Origin: an uncultured Rhodopirellula sp.
GTDB taxonomy: Bacteria > Planctomycetota > Planctomycetia > Pirellulales > Pirellulaceae
DNA length: 64,000 bases
Assembly (NCBI GenBank): GCA_964007735.1
Contig: CAXGAI010000004.1
Span: 62,001-126,000, forward strand
Direction of reading: 5' to 3'
This document shows positions 49,617 to 59,362 of the stretch, piece after piece. The stretch's first letter is position 1. Every line of letters starts with the position of its first letter. The position numbers and the translations under genes are program-made. The notes under the pieces are model-generated. The model was not told the origin of the DNA. It saw only the letters and a list, made by a program, of their open reading frames with translations, and did no database searches.

Positions 49617-50669
49617 TTACTTACGCTTTTGTTTGGCTGCCGGCAGTTGATAACCAGTTGTATTCAGTCGGATGCGATACAGATCAGCACCGGCAGTGAT
49701 ATACAAAAGGCTAGCATTTTTTCCACGACCAAAACCAACATTGGTTGGGGTTGGCGTTTCGATAAACCCTAATTCTTTTCCTGCAGGTGAATAGATGGCA
49801 ATCCCCGGTCGCTTTTCGGACCTTTCAGCCACAACAAGATTACCTGCGGAATCTACGATCAGACCATCCGGCCCGTCTTCAGGGTAATAATCGACTAGTG
49901 TCTCACGGTAAGTCGCCTCCCCGTCTTTATCCAGATCGTAAGCCATTAACGCCATGTGTCCTTTTCGGAGTGGTGCGGCAATGGCGACTGGGCCTTTAGC
50001 ATCGTCGGCAGTGCCAAGTCGTTCGAAACCAGTTGCTCCATTGGCGTTACTGACGACGTATAGAGTTTTCTGATCTGGAGAAATGCATACGCCGTTTGGC
50101 TTGCCGGCATCTGAGATGATACGAGTAATGCTCCCATCAGGATCAACACGATAGACGCCCATCACTGGTTGATCAATCGTTTCGTGGCCGAGGTAACGAG
50201 GGTCGCTAAAGTAGAGTCGCCCTTTCAGGTCAATGGTTACGTCGTTAGGAGAGTTGAGTTTACGCCCTTCGTACATGCCAGCCACAATGTAACTCATGCC
50301 TGTTTTCATGTCAGTTCGAGTGATACGGCGTCCCCCGTAGTCTGCACCTTCACATACAATCATGTCACCGTTGGCGTCAAATTTGATTCCGTTAGACATA
50401 CCACTGGGTGAGCGAAAGATAGAGGTCTTTCCTGATGTGGGATCATATCTCCAAATGTGCCCAGCGTGGATTTGCCCATTGTCCAGCGTTGACTGATGAG
50501 AAAATGTGATGTCACTGAAATAGACCTGTCCATCAGGAGCAACGGCCACACCTTCTGTTAGCATGATGCCGGTGAATAGTTTCTCCAGTTCGGCATCTTT
50601 GGGCACAATCGGATCCTGTGCCGCTACTAACGTGGCAAAGGTGAACAAAAATAGAATGCTAAGTCTCAT
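49617..50669 (-). CDS. SMP-30/gluconolactonase family protein (exported)
   Basis: TEGVA, YFSDI, SNG, LNSPND, YFSDP, PNGVCISPDQKTLYV, PDGL, PTNVGFG. Confidence 0.9.
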   Translation of the reverse strand: MRLSILFLFTFATLVAAQDPIVPKDAELEKLFTGIMLTEGVAVAPDGQVYFSDITFSHQSTLDNGQIHAGHIWRYDPTSGKTSIFRSPSGMSNGIKFDANGDMIVCEGADYGGRRITRTDMKTGMSYIVAGMYEGRKLNSPNDVTIDLKGRLYFSDPRYLGHETIDQPVMGVYRVDPDGSITRIISDAGKPNGVCISPDQKTLYVVSNANGATGFERLGTADDAKGPVAIAAPLRKGHMALMAYDLDKDGEATYRETLVDYYPEDGPDGLIVDSAGNLVVAERSEKRPGIAIYSPAGKELGFIETPTPTNVGFGRGKNASLLYITAGADLYRIRLNTTGYQLPAAKQKRK

Positions 50670-50840
50670 GAGTCGGGTTCTCCGCTGTTGTCGTTGATGA
50701 ATCACTACATTAATTCTAATCGATTTCCGAGTCACATTCTCGTTTGGAAATCAACGTTTAATAAGATGTAAAAAGATTGTGCCATGATTTAGAATGGGGG
50801 GTGAAGTCCGTATTCATTAAATTCAATAGTCGGTTATAAA

Positions 50841-53800
50841 ATGTGGAAATCTACTCTGAGCATCTTGCTCGTCGCTGCCGCTTGTCAGTCGGTGTCAGCT
50901 AGAACTAAGTTGAATTATGACCGTGACATTCGTCCCATACTCAGTGAGACCTGTTTTGCCTGTCACGGCCCGGATGAGCAAACCCGACAGGCTGAATTTC
51001 GCCTGGATATCGCGAATGATCACTTCATTGCCTTGTTGTCCCCGGGCAATCCGGATGATAGTGAGTTGGCCCAGCGAATCGTGACCGATGATGACAATCT
51101 GAGAATGCCTCCGATGGATTCAAAAAAGCAGCTGACTTCGGCACAAATTGAGATGATCAAACAATGGATAAAGGAAGGTGCACAAATTGAGGGACATTGG
51201 GCCTGGAACGCGCCAAGCAAGGCAGCACTTCCCCGAATTCAAAACAAACGCTGGGCAAGAAATGCAATTGATTACTTCGTCAAGGAGCAATTAGATGGAC
51301 AAAAGATGCGTCCGTCGGCTCAAGCCAATAAGTTAACGCTGATTCGCCGGGTATCATTAGACGTGCGCGGTTTACCACCTTCGTCCCAAGAAGTGAATCA
51401 GTTTCTTGAAGATGATTCGCCAGAGGCTTACGAATCAATGGTGGAGCGTATGCTGTCTTCCAGACACTATGGCGAACGCATGGCTCAGGATTGGCTAGAT
51501 CTTTCTCGTTACGGCGATACCAATGGCTATCACGCCGATAGTCATCGTGATATGTGGTTATATCGCGACTATGTCATCAACGCGTTTAATAGCAATAAAC
51601 CCTACGATAGATTCATAATAGAAAATGTCGCTGGCGATCTTTTGGCTGATGCTAATCAGGAGACGCGGATAGCTTCCGGGTTCAATCGCAATGTTACCTT
51701 CAATGAAGAGGGTGGGGCAGACCCTGATGAATTCTATGTGGCCTATGCGGTAGACCGGGCTAATACCACCGGTCAGGTTTTTCTAGGGCTGACTGTTGGT
51801 TGTGCTCAATGTCATGATCACAAGTATGATCCGATCAGTCAGAAAGAGTATTACCAGTTGTACGCGTTTTTCAACAGCGTGCAGGACGAGATTGGAGCTG
51901 GAGGTGCGTCTGGATATCACAACAAACCACTACCCCCTTTGCTGACAGTGGAAACGGAAAATTACAAACAGCAACTTGAGGGTTTAGAAAAGGAAATCAC
52001 CGATGCGAATACACAAGCCGCGCAGTTAACAGAAAAGCTAAAGGCTGATGAAGCTTTAATCGAAAAGGTGTTTGCGTTTTGGGTCAAGGAATTTCAGGGC
52101 GGTAAAGCCACGGTAGATTCGTTCTCCGAAGATCTTCAGCTTTGGTTAGCGGCTGATGATATTAATGGCGATGGTGTAGTGGACGCTGAGCAGGAGTATT
52201 CGCCTGAAAATGAGGTCAAGATATGGAAAGACCGCTCTGCCCATGGGAATGATGCAAAGGCAACGGGCAGCCCGATGCTCACCTTAGATGGAATAAATGG
52301 CTCTCCGGCAGTTCATTTGAATGGGATGACCGATTTTTTCAGAACAGACAATGGCGGTGAGAATCTTCATGATGATTACACCATTGTCAGCGTGATTTCG
52401 TATGACAATTTAGTGGCGAATCAAATGCCAATTATGTGGGGGGCGGAATCTCAAGGTAAACGTCGTGCGATGTGGAAAGTTGCTGATAGTCAGTTCCTAA
52501 GCTTTAACGGATATGGTGCGGATGTTGTTGGTACAAAGCGAATCGAATTGAATAAGCCTCATATCGGTGTGTTATCTCAGCAGAATAAGAGAATTCGCAT
52601 CTATATGAATGGTGAAGCTGGCGGGGAAGGGATGCCTGGGATCGTTTCTATTCATGATTTAGAATCCAACCCGATCACAATCGGAGCTAATAATGCCGGT
52701 AACGAAAAAACATACGGCCATTTCGCTGAAGTGATGATATTTAACCGGGTTTTGTCAGATACTGAACGAACTCGGGTTACTCGTTATCTGTCGGGTAAGT
52801 ATGGAATCGAATCGTTGAATGCAGCCTATCCGGAAGAACTGGTTGCTATTAGCGAGAAGAAACAGGAAGAATGGTCTAAGCAAGAGATGGATAAAGTCTT
52901 AGCGTTTTTCCTTGAGAATGAGTATCTGGTTTCAAATCCGGATGTCCGAAGACTAAATAGCGAGATTGCATCACTCGAAGGTAAGATTGCGACTCTAAAG
53001 AATGATTTGCCCACAACGATGGTTATGGTGCAGAAGTCTGACCCCAATCCAGCCTATATCTTGATGCGAGGAGACTTTCAGGACCCGGGGGCACAAGTAC
53101 AGCCTGATGTACCGTCCATTTTTCCTCGAATGCCGAGTGAACAACCGCGAACTCGGCTGGGGCTTGCTCTCTGGCTAACGGATCCGGAGCATCCATTGGT
53201 TTCACGTGTTGTTGTAAATCGGTTGTGGAAACAACTTTTTGGAACAGGCATTGTGAAGACTTTGGGAGATCTTGGAACGCAGGGTGAACGTCCAAGTCAT
53301 CCGGCACTCTTGGATTGGCTGGCGGTTGAATTTGTTGAATCGGATTGGAATGTGAAGCATCTGCAAAAACTGATGCTGATGTCAGCCACTTATCAACAGA
53401 ATTCGCAATATACAGGTTTGTATGATGAAGTCGATCCGGACAATAGGCTGTTGTCCCGAGCTTCACGTTTCCGGTTGTCAGCTGAAGGAATTCGTGATAA
53501 CGCGTTAGCCATTAGTGGTTTGCTGACGGACAAAATTGGTGGTCCCAGTGTTCGTCCTTATCAACCTAGCGACTATTACTCGGATAAGATTGGTCGAGGT
53601 TGGGATCAGAGCCGAGGTGAAGATTTGTATCGCCGGGGTTTGTATACCTACTGGCGGCGTACGACAGTTTATCCCGCCTTCCAGATTTTTGATGCTCCGA
53701 GCCGTGAGTTTTGTACCGTCAACCGACCACGTACCAATACACCTCTCCAGGCTCTCGTATTAATGAATGACCCGACCTATGTGGAAGCTGCTAGGGTTTT

Positions 53801-54086
53801 TGCTCAACGGATTTTAGCAGAAGGTGGGGTTTCGACCGAGTCACGTTTTGTCTTTGCGTTCCGTACTGCGGTTGCGAGAGCACCGGCGCCTCAGGAATTG
53901 GAAGTTCTGCACCAACTTTATCATCAGCAATATGCAATCTACGAGCAGGATAACGAAGCAGCCATGAAGATTGTTTCGTCTGGCGAATCGCCCGTTCCCG
54001 AAGGGCTCGATCAGGTGGAGCATGCGACTTGGACCGCTCTGGCTAGTATTATTCTCAACCTCGACGAAACAGTAACGAGAGAGTAA
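50841..54086 (+). CDS. Planctomycete cytochrome c + DUF1549 + internal LamG-like domain + DUF1553 protein
   Basis: CFACHGPD, CAQCHDHKYDP, LQLWLAAD...AEVMIFNRVLS, PSHPALLDWLA, C-terminus NLDETVTRE. Confidence 0.92.
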   Translation: MWKSTLSILLVAAACQSVSARTKLNYDRDIRPILSETCFACHGPDEQTRQAEFRLDIANDHFIALLSPGNPDDSELAQRIVTDDDNLRMPPMDSKKQLTSAQIEMIKQWIKEGAQIEGHWAWNAPSKAALPRIQNKRWARNAIDYFVKEQLDGQKMRPSAQANKLTLIRRVSLDVRGLPPSSQEVNQFLEDDSPEAYESMVERMLSSRHYGERMAQDWLDLSRYGDTNGYHADSHRDMWLYRDYVINAFNSNKPYDRFIIENVAGDLLADANQETRIASGFNRNVTFNEEGGADPDEFYVAYAVDRANTTGQVFLGLTVGCAQCHDHKYDPISQKEYYQLYAFFNSVQDEIGAGGASGYHNKPLPPLLTVETENYKQQLEGLEKEITDANTQAAQLTEKLKADEALIEKVFAFWVKEFQGGKATVDSFSEDLQLWLAADDINGDGVVDAEQEYSPENEVKIWKDRSAHGNDAKATGSPMLTLDGINGSPAVHLNGMTDFFRTDNGGENLHDDYTIVSVISYDNLVANQMPIMWGAESQGKRRAMWKVADSQFLSFNGYGADVVGTKRIELNKPHIGVLSQQNKRIRIYMNGEAGGEGMPGIVSIHDLESNPITIGANNAGNEKTYGHFAEVMIFNRVLSDTERTRVTRYLSGKYGIESLNAAYPEELVAISEKKQEEWSKQEMDKVLAFFLENEYLVSNPDVRRLNSEIASLEGKIATLKNDLPTTMVMVQKSDPNPAYILMRGDFQDPGAQVQPDVPSIFPRMPSEQPRTRLGLALWLTDPEHPLVSRVVVNRLWKQLFGTGIVKTLGDLGTQGERPSHPALLDWLAVEFVESDWNVKHLQKLMLMSATYQQNSQYTGLYDEVDPDNRLLSRASRFRLSAEGIRDNALAISGLLTDKIGGPSVRPYQPSDYYSDKIGRGWDQSRGEDLYRRGLYTYWRRTTVYPAFQIFDAPSREFCTVNRPRTNTPLQALVLMNDPTYVEAARVFAQRILAEGGVSTESRFVFAFRTAVARAPAPQELEVLHQLYHQQYAIYEQDNEAAMKIVSSGESPVPEGLDQVEHATWTALASIILNLDETVTRE

Positions 54087-55496
54087 ATGATGGATTACAC
54101 AACCCGCAGAAACTTTCTGAGCAGAACTTCGATGGGCCTGGGGGCCTTGGCTGCCGCTTCCATTACAGAGAATAGTGATTTGCTGGCGCGCACGCGGAAA
54201 ACGAAACCCGATTCGGGACTGCACCACCCTTCCAAAGCGAAACGGGTGATTTATCTGCACATGTCGGGAGGCCCGTCCCATCTCGATACTTTCGATAACA
54301 AACCGCAAATGCAGGAACATCATGGCAAACCTTTACCTCCGTCAGTAATTGGCAAACAGCGACTCACCACGATGACGCGTGAGCAGGCCAAACTACTTGT
54401 TGCTGCGACACAGCAGGAGTGGGGACGATATGGTGAATGTGGTATGGAAATGAATGCTGCTTTTAAGGAGATTTCGACGATTGCCGATGAAATGTGCCTT
54501 ATTAAAAGTGTACATTCCACACCTATTAATCATGACCCGGCAGTTACCTTCCTGCAGACCGGCAGCCCGTTATCGGGACGTCCATGTCTTGGGTCATGGC
54601 TTAGCTACGGACTGGGGAGTGAAAACAAAGATCTACCCGAATTCGTTGTTTTACTATCCAACGGCGGTCAGCCTGTTCCTTCCCGGTATTGGCACAATGG
54701 CTTCCTTCCCAGTCGCCACCAGGGTGTGCAGTTTCAGGCTAAAGGAGACCCGGTCTTATATCTTTCGAATCCCGATGGTATTGATGATCGTAATCGGAAG
54801 AATCTGGTAACCGGTATCAATACATTGAATCAGTTGAAGCAAAAACAAATCGGAGATCCTGAAATTGAAGCTCGGATCAATGCTTACGAATTGGCGTATC
54901 GTATGCAATCGTCCGTGCCCGAGTTAATGGATATCAGCCGTGAGTCGAAGGAAACATTGGAAGCTTATGGTGCTAGTCCCGGTAATGCGAGCTTTTCCAA
55001 TAATTGTTTGTTGGCACGCCGGTTAGCTGAAGCGGGTGTCCGATTTATTCAGCTTTATGATCGTGGCTGGGATCATCATGGAGATGTGACGACCGGTATT
55101 AAGAGCAAAATTGGCCAAGTCGATAAGGCATGTGCTGCGTTAATAAAGGATCTCAAACAACGAGGTTTGCTCGAAGATACCTTGGTGATATGGGGCGGTG
55201 AATTCGGTCGCACAAGCTATGGTCAAGACCGAGGTAATTCATATGGACGTGATCACCATCCCAACTGCTTTAGTCTTTGGATGGCCGGTGGGGGGATTAA
55301 AGGTGGAGTAACGATTGGTGAGACGGATGATTTCGGGTACAACGTTGCCCAAGATAAAGTGGAAGTTCATGACTTACATGCTACGATGTTGCATCTACTT
55401 GGAATTGATCATGAACGTCTGATTTACAAGTTTAAAGGGCGCGACTTCCGTCTCACGGATGTAGCCGGGAATGTTGTGAGACCAGCTCTTGCTTAA
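54087..55496 (+). CDS. DUF1501 protein (Tat signal)
   Basis: TRRNFL, GGPSHLDTFD, WDHH, GGEFGRT, GRDHHP. Confidence 0.92.
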   Translation: MMDYTTRRNFLSRTSMGLGALAAASITENSDLLARTRKTKPDSGLHHPSKAKRVIYLHMSGGPSHLDTFDNKPQMQEHHGKPLPPSVIGKQRLTTMTREQAKLLVAATQQEWGRYGECGMEMNAAFKEISTIADEMCLIKSVHSTPINHDPAVTFLQTGSPLSGRPCLGSWLSYGLGSENKDLPEFVVLLSNGGQPVPSRYWHNGFLPSRHQGVQFQAKGDPVLYLSNPDGIDDRNRKNLVTGINTLNQLKQKQIGDPEIEARINAYELAYRMQSSVPELMDISRESKETLEAYGASPGNASFSNNCLLARRLAEAGVRFIQLYDRGWDHHGDVTTGIKSKIGQVDKACAALIKDLKQRGLLEDTLVIWGGEFGRTSYGQDRGNSYGRDHHPNCFSLWMAGGGIKGGVTIGETDDFGYNVAQDKVEVHDLHATMLHLLGIDHERLIYKFKGRDFRLTDVAGNVVRPALA

Positions 55497-57939
55497 CAGA
55501 AAATTCTACCTGTGTTTGGTCTTTTGGGCGTTCAGTGTTTCGGTTCCTTCGCGACCACCTGTTCTCGCTCAGAATGTGTCCTATGACACAGATGTGCTGC
55601 CGATACTCCAGGCGAAGTGCTTTCGTTGTCATAACAGTCAGCGAACAGAAGGAGGCTTGAAGCTTGACCTGAAAGACGCGGCTCTTCAGGGTGGTGATAG
55701 CGGTCACGCCATCATTCCGGGACTCCCCGGAAAATCACTGGTGCTTCAGCGTGTCAATTCAGAAGACGAGTTTGAACGTATGCCTCAGGAGGCTGCAAAA
55801 CTTAGTCAGGAAGAAATTCAAGTACTCACCGATTGGATTAAGCAGGGAGCCAGGGGCCTGCGGGATGTCAAACGGGCTGAGCACTGGGCATTTCAACCGG
55901 TGATTGCTCCAGCGGTCTCGCCTGTTAAAGACTCACGCTGGTCACGCAATAGGATAGATCGTTTTGTTCTCGCAATGCTTGAAAGGGACGGCTTGAAGCC
56001 AGCTCCGCGTGCCCTAAGCTATCAGCTTATCCGTAGATTGTCATTTGATTTATTAGGTGTTCCTCCCACTCCGGATGAGGTCGCTGCATTCGTATCTGAT
56101 GCGAGCCATAACGCTTATGAGCAACTTGTGGAAAAGTTGTTAACGGACCCTCGGTTTGGCGAAAGGTGGGGGCGGCATTGGCTTGATCTGGCACGATATG
56201 CTGACAGTGGTGGATATGAAGCCGATCTTCCTCGGAAAATTTGGCGTTATCGTGATTGGGTGATTAGGGCTATCAATCAGGATAAACCAATCACGGAATT
56301 TGTGATTGAGCAAATCGGAGGTGACCTGCTACCTCAGGCGACAGAAGAGAATCGTATAGCCTCCGGCTTTCATTGTAATGCGATGTTAGACGGAGGTGTT
56401 CGTGAACAGGCTGTACTTGACCGAGTCAATTCAACAGGTGCTGTATTTCTGGGGTTAACGCTCGAATGTGCTCAGTGTCATGACCATAAGACAGACCCTG
56501 TCAGTCAAAAAGAATACTATCAGTTGTATGCTTTCTTCCATGGGGCTAGTGCTGTTCCATTGGATCTAAGCTCACCGGAATTAAAAAATCGCATTGGAAC
56601 AATCACTCAACAGGTAGCTGGTATTAATCAACAGATTGCGAAGATCGACGCGATGATTAAAGATAATCTTGATGAACTCGCTGTATCGACTCTGGCTCAA
56701 GCAGAAAACATTGCTCCGGGTATCTTAACGTTGTTAAAACTATCTTCTGCAGATCGTAGTGAAGCGGATGTTACCCAACTGGAATCTTATTTCCAAAGTA
56801 AGAATGATGAGCGAATCGCTTTAGTAACAAAACGTGACAAGCTTCAAAGCCAACAACCTGAACCTGACACCACACTTGTATTGGCTCAGGATAATCGGAA
56901 AACCCACATGTTTGTTCGAGGAAATCCTCGTCAATTAGGTGAAGAGGTTCAATCCGGCACTCCTGGGTTTCTACACGACATGCAACAGTCGCCACACCCA
57001 ACGGCATTTCCTGATCGATTGTCATTGGGGCAGTGGATTGTCGCGCGTGAGAATCCGTTATTTGCGAGAGTGATGGCAAATCGGATTTGGTTGAGATTGA
57101 TGGGGCAGGCAATTGTTGAATCCGAAGATGACTTTGGAGTCCAGACAACTCGTCCACGTCATTGGTTGCTGCTGGATCATTTGGCAACCGTGCTTCAAGA
57201 AGAGGACAGCTTCAAGGGAATCGTACGTGCCATCGTTCTGTCCAACACCTATCAGCAATCATCACATTTCAGTTATCGACAGGATGGGAATGAAGCTCTT
57301 TTTCAGGGGCAGCAAAGATTTCGTTTAGAGGTTGAGATTTTACGGGATAATGCGTTGGCTGTGGCCGGGTTGTTGGAAAATAAGATTGGCGGGCCCAGTG
57401 TCTTTCCTCCCCAGCAGGACGGGATTCTTGATTTTCGAGCGACGCCCGCTACCTGGACCGAAAGCGAAGGGGCCGATCGATATCGGCGAGGAATGTATAC
57501 GTATATTTGGCGTCTAACTCCTCACCCCATGACCGCAATCTTTGATGGACCTGAACTGACGACTTCCTGTACACGAAGAACCAGTTCTAACGTCGCTCTT
57601 CAGTCATTGGCACTACTGAATGACCCTCTTTTCGTTGAAGCCGCTCAGTCCTTTGCAAAACGAGTGTTGTTAGCACATCCGGACCAAGAAAAGAGGATTG
57701 ATGTACTTTTTCGCTGGACACTTAATCGTGATGGTACTCCACAGGAGAAATCGATTGTTCGTAACTTGTTAATTCAACAGCGAACATTCTTTAGTGCAGA
57801 TCCAACGGCAGCCAAAGTTGCGATGGGCGAGTACGGACTGGAAGAAGATCCACACAACATAAGTCAGAGTGAGCAGGCGGCCTGGGTTGCAGTGTGCAGG
57901 GCCATCATGAATTTAGATGAATTTATAATGCGAGAATAA
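55489..57939 (+). CDS. Planctomycete cytochrome c + DUF1549 + DUF1553 protein
   Basis: CFRCH, FGERWGRHWLDLARYAD, CAQCHDHKTDP, C-terminus NLDEFIMRE. TTG start overlaps the upstream stop. Confidence 0.9.
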   Translation: MLNRKFYLCLVFWAFSVSVPSRPPVLAQNVSYDTDVLPILQAKCFRCHNSQRTEGGLKLDLKDAALQGGDSGHAIIPGLPGKSLVLQRVNSEDEFERMPQEAAKLSQEEIQVLTDWIKQGARGLRDVKRAEHWAFQPVIAPAVSPVKDSRWSRNRIDRFVLAMLERDGLKPAPRALSYQLIRRLSFDLLGVPPTPDEVAAFVSDASHNAYEQLVEKLLTDPRFGERWGRHWLDLARYADSGGYEADLPRKIWRYRDWVIRAINQDKPITEFVIEQIGGDLLPQATEENRIASGFHCNAMLDGGVREQAVLDRVNSTGAVFLGLTLECAQCHDHKTDPVSQKEYYQLYAFFHGASAVPLDLSSPELKNRIGTITQQVAGINQQIAKIDAMIKDNLDELAVSTLAQAENIAPGILTLLKLSSADRSEADVTQLESYFQSKNDERIALVTKRDKLQSQQPEPDTTLVLAQDNRKTHMFVRGNPRQLGEEVQSGTPGFLHDMQQSPHPTAFPDRLSLGQWIVARENPLFARVMANRIWLRLMGQAIVESEDDFGVQTTRPRHWLLLDHLATVLQEEDSFKGIVRAIVLSNTYQQSSHFSYRQDGNEALFQGQQRFRLEVEILRDNALAVAGLLENKIGGPSVFPPQQDGILDFRATPATWTESEGADRYRRGMYTYIWRLTPHPMTAIFDGPELTTSCTRRTSSNVALQSLALLNDPLFVEAAQSFAKRVLLAHPDQEKRIDVLFRWTLNRDGTPQEKSIVRNLLIQQRTFFSADPTAAKVAMGEYGLEEDPHNISQSEQAAWVAVCRAIMNLDEFIMRE

Positions 57940-59339
57940 TGAATAGTCGTAGACGGTTCTTTAAAGAAAATGCGATTGGGGTCGCCTCGCTGGCTTTGCC
58001 TTCGATGCTGACAGCGGATGGATTATGCGCAGATATTAACACAGCCGATAGAACCCATCATGAGCCAACCGCGAAAAATGTCATCTATATGTGTCAGATT
58101 GGTGCGCCCAGTCAATTCGACATGTTTGATCGAAAGCCCGTATTAAACGAGCGGGATGGTGAGGAGTTACCACAGTCTTTTCTAGATCGTGTTGATTTTG
58201 CGCAGATTAAAGAATCCAACCCAAAACTGATGGGAACTCCGTATAAATTCCAACAGCACGGGGAAAGTGGGCAGTGGATTTCTGAGTTAATGCCACATAC
58301 CGCGGGCATTGTAGACGAGCTTACCTTTGTTCATACTTGTCAGGCTGAAGATCAGAACCATATGTTTGCGGAATTGCATATGAGCACTGGTTGGAAAAGG
58401 TTTGGCCGGCCAAGTCTGGGTAGTTGGGTGTTGTATGGTCTCGGATCAGAGTCGGAGAATCTTCCGGGCTTTATGGTTTTGCGATCGGGGATGCATCCTC
58501 GAAGTAAAGGTGCAAACTATGGTCCCGGGTTTCTGCCAGGAACAATGCAGGGAACGCCATTGCAATCAAACGGGCCGCCGATTCTGAATCTTGGGACTCC
58601 GCAAGGTTTTTCGCAACAAAGCCAGTCTGCTACGATCGATGCGGTCAATGCATTAAACCGCTTAAAAGTACGGGAGAATGCTGATCCGGATATTGAAACC
58701 CGAATTGCGAATTATGAACTGGCTTTCAAGATGCAATCGAGTGCTCCGGAGTTGTTGGATCTGTCTGGCGAAACGCGGGAAACATTGGAGCTTTATGGAA
58801 TCTCAGATCCGGCTCAGCCCTCCTATGCAAGAAATTGCCTTCTGGCTCGCCGTCTCGTTGAGCGTGGTGTTAGGTTTGTTGAATTGTTTCATGGTGACTG
58901 GGATCACCATACGAGCATTTATCAACGCCTGCCAGGTGAATGCAAAATAACCGATCAGGCTTCCGCAGCGTTGATCCTTGATCTGAAACGTAACGGATTG
59001 CTGGATGATACGCTTGTGGTTTGGGGAGGAGAGTTTGGACGTTCTTCGGTAGCCCAGAAAAGTCTGAAGCCGGGAGAGCCCGTTGGTCGGGATCATCATG
59101 TGGAAGCATTTACAATGTGGTTCGCCGGAGGCGGAGTTGCAAGAGGAAAGTCAATTGGTGAAACCGATGAGATTGGCTTTGATGCTACGACAGACCACTG
59201 GCACATCCATGATCTGCACGCGACATTTCTGCACGCGTTAGGATTGGATCACAAACGGCTGACTTATCGGCATCAAGGTCGGGACTACCGACTCACGGAT
59301 GTATTCGGTAATGTAAAGACTGAGCTCTTTAGGTCATAG
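57939..59339 (+). CDS. DUF1501 protein (Tat signal)
   Basis: SRRRFFK, PSQFDMFD, WDHH, GGEFGR, GRDHH. Confidence 0.9.
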   Translation: MNSRRRFFKENAIGVASLALPSMLTADGLCADINTADRTHHEPTAKNVIYMCQIGAPSQFDMFDRKPVLNERDGEELPQSFLDRVDFAQIKESNPKLMGTPYKFQQHGESGQWISELMPHTAGIVDELTFVHTCQAEDQNHMFAELHMSTGWKRFGRPSLGSWVLYGLGSESENLPGFMVLRSGMHPRSKGANYGPGFLPGTMQGTPLQSNGPPILNLGTPQGFSQQSQSATIDAVNALNRLKVRENADPDIETRIANYELAFKMQSSAPELLDLSGETRETLELYGISDPAQPSYARNCLLARRLVERGVRFVELFHGDWDHHTSIYQRLPGECKITDQASAALILDLKRNGLLDDTLVVWGGEFGRSSVAQKSLKPGEPVGRDHHVEAFTMWFAGGGVARGKSIGETDEIGFDATTDHWHIHDLHATFLHALGLDHKRLTYRHQGRDYRLTDVFGNVKTELFRS

Positions 59340-59362
59340 AATCTTCACCCTCCCGAGTATTC

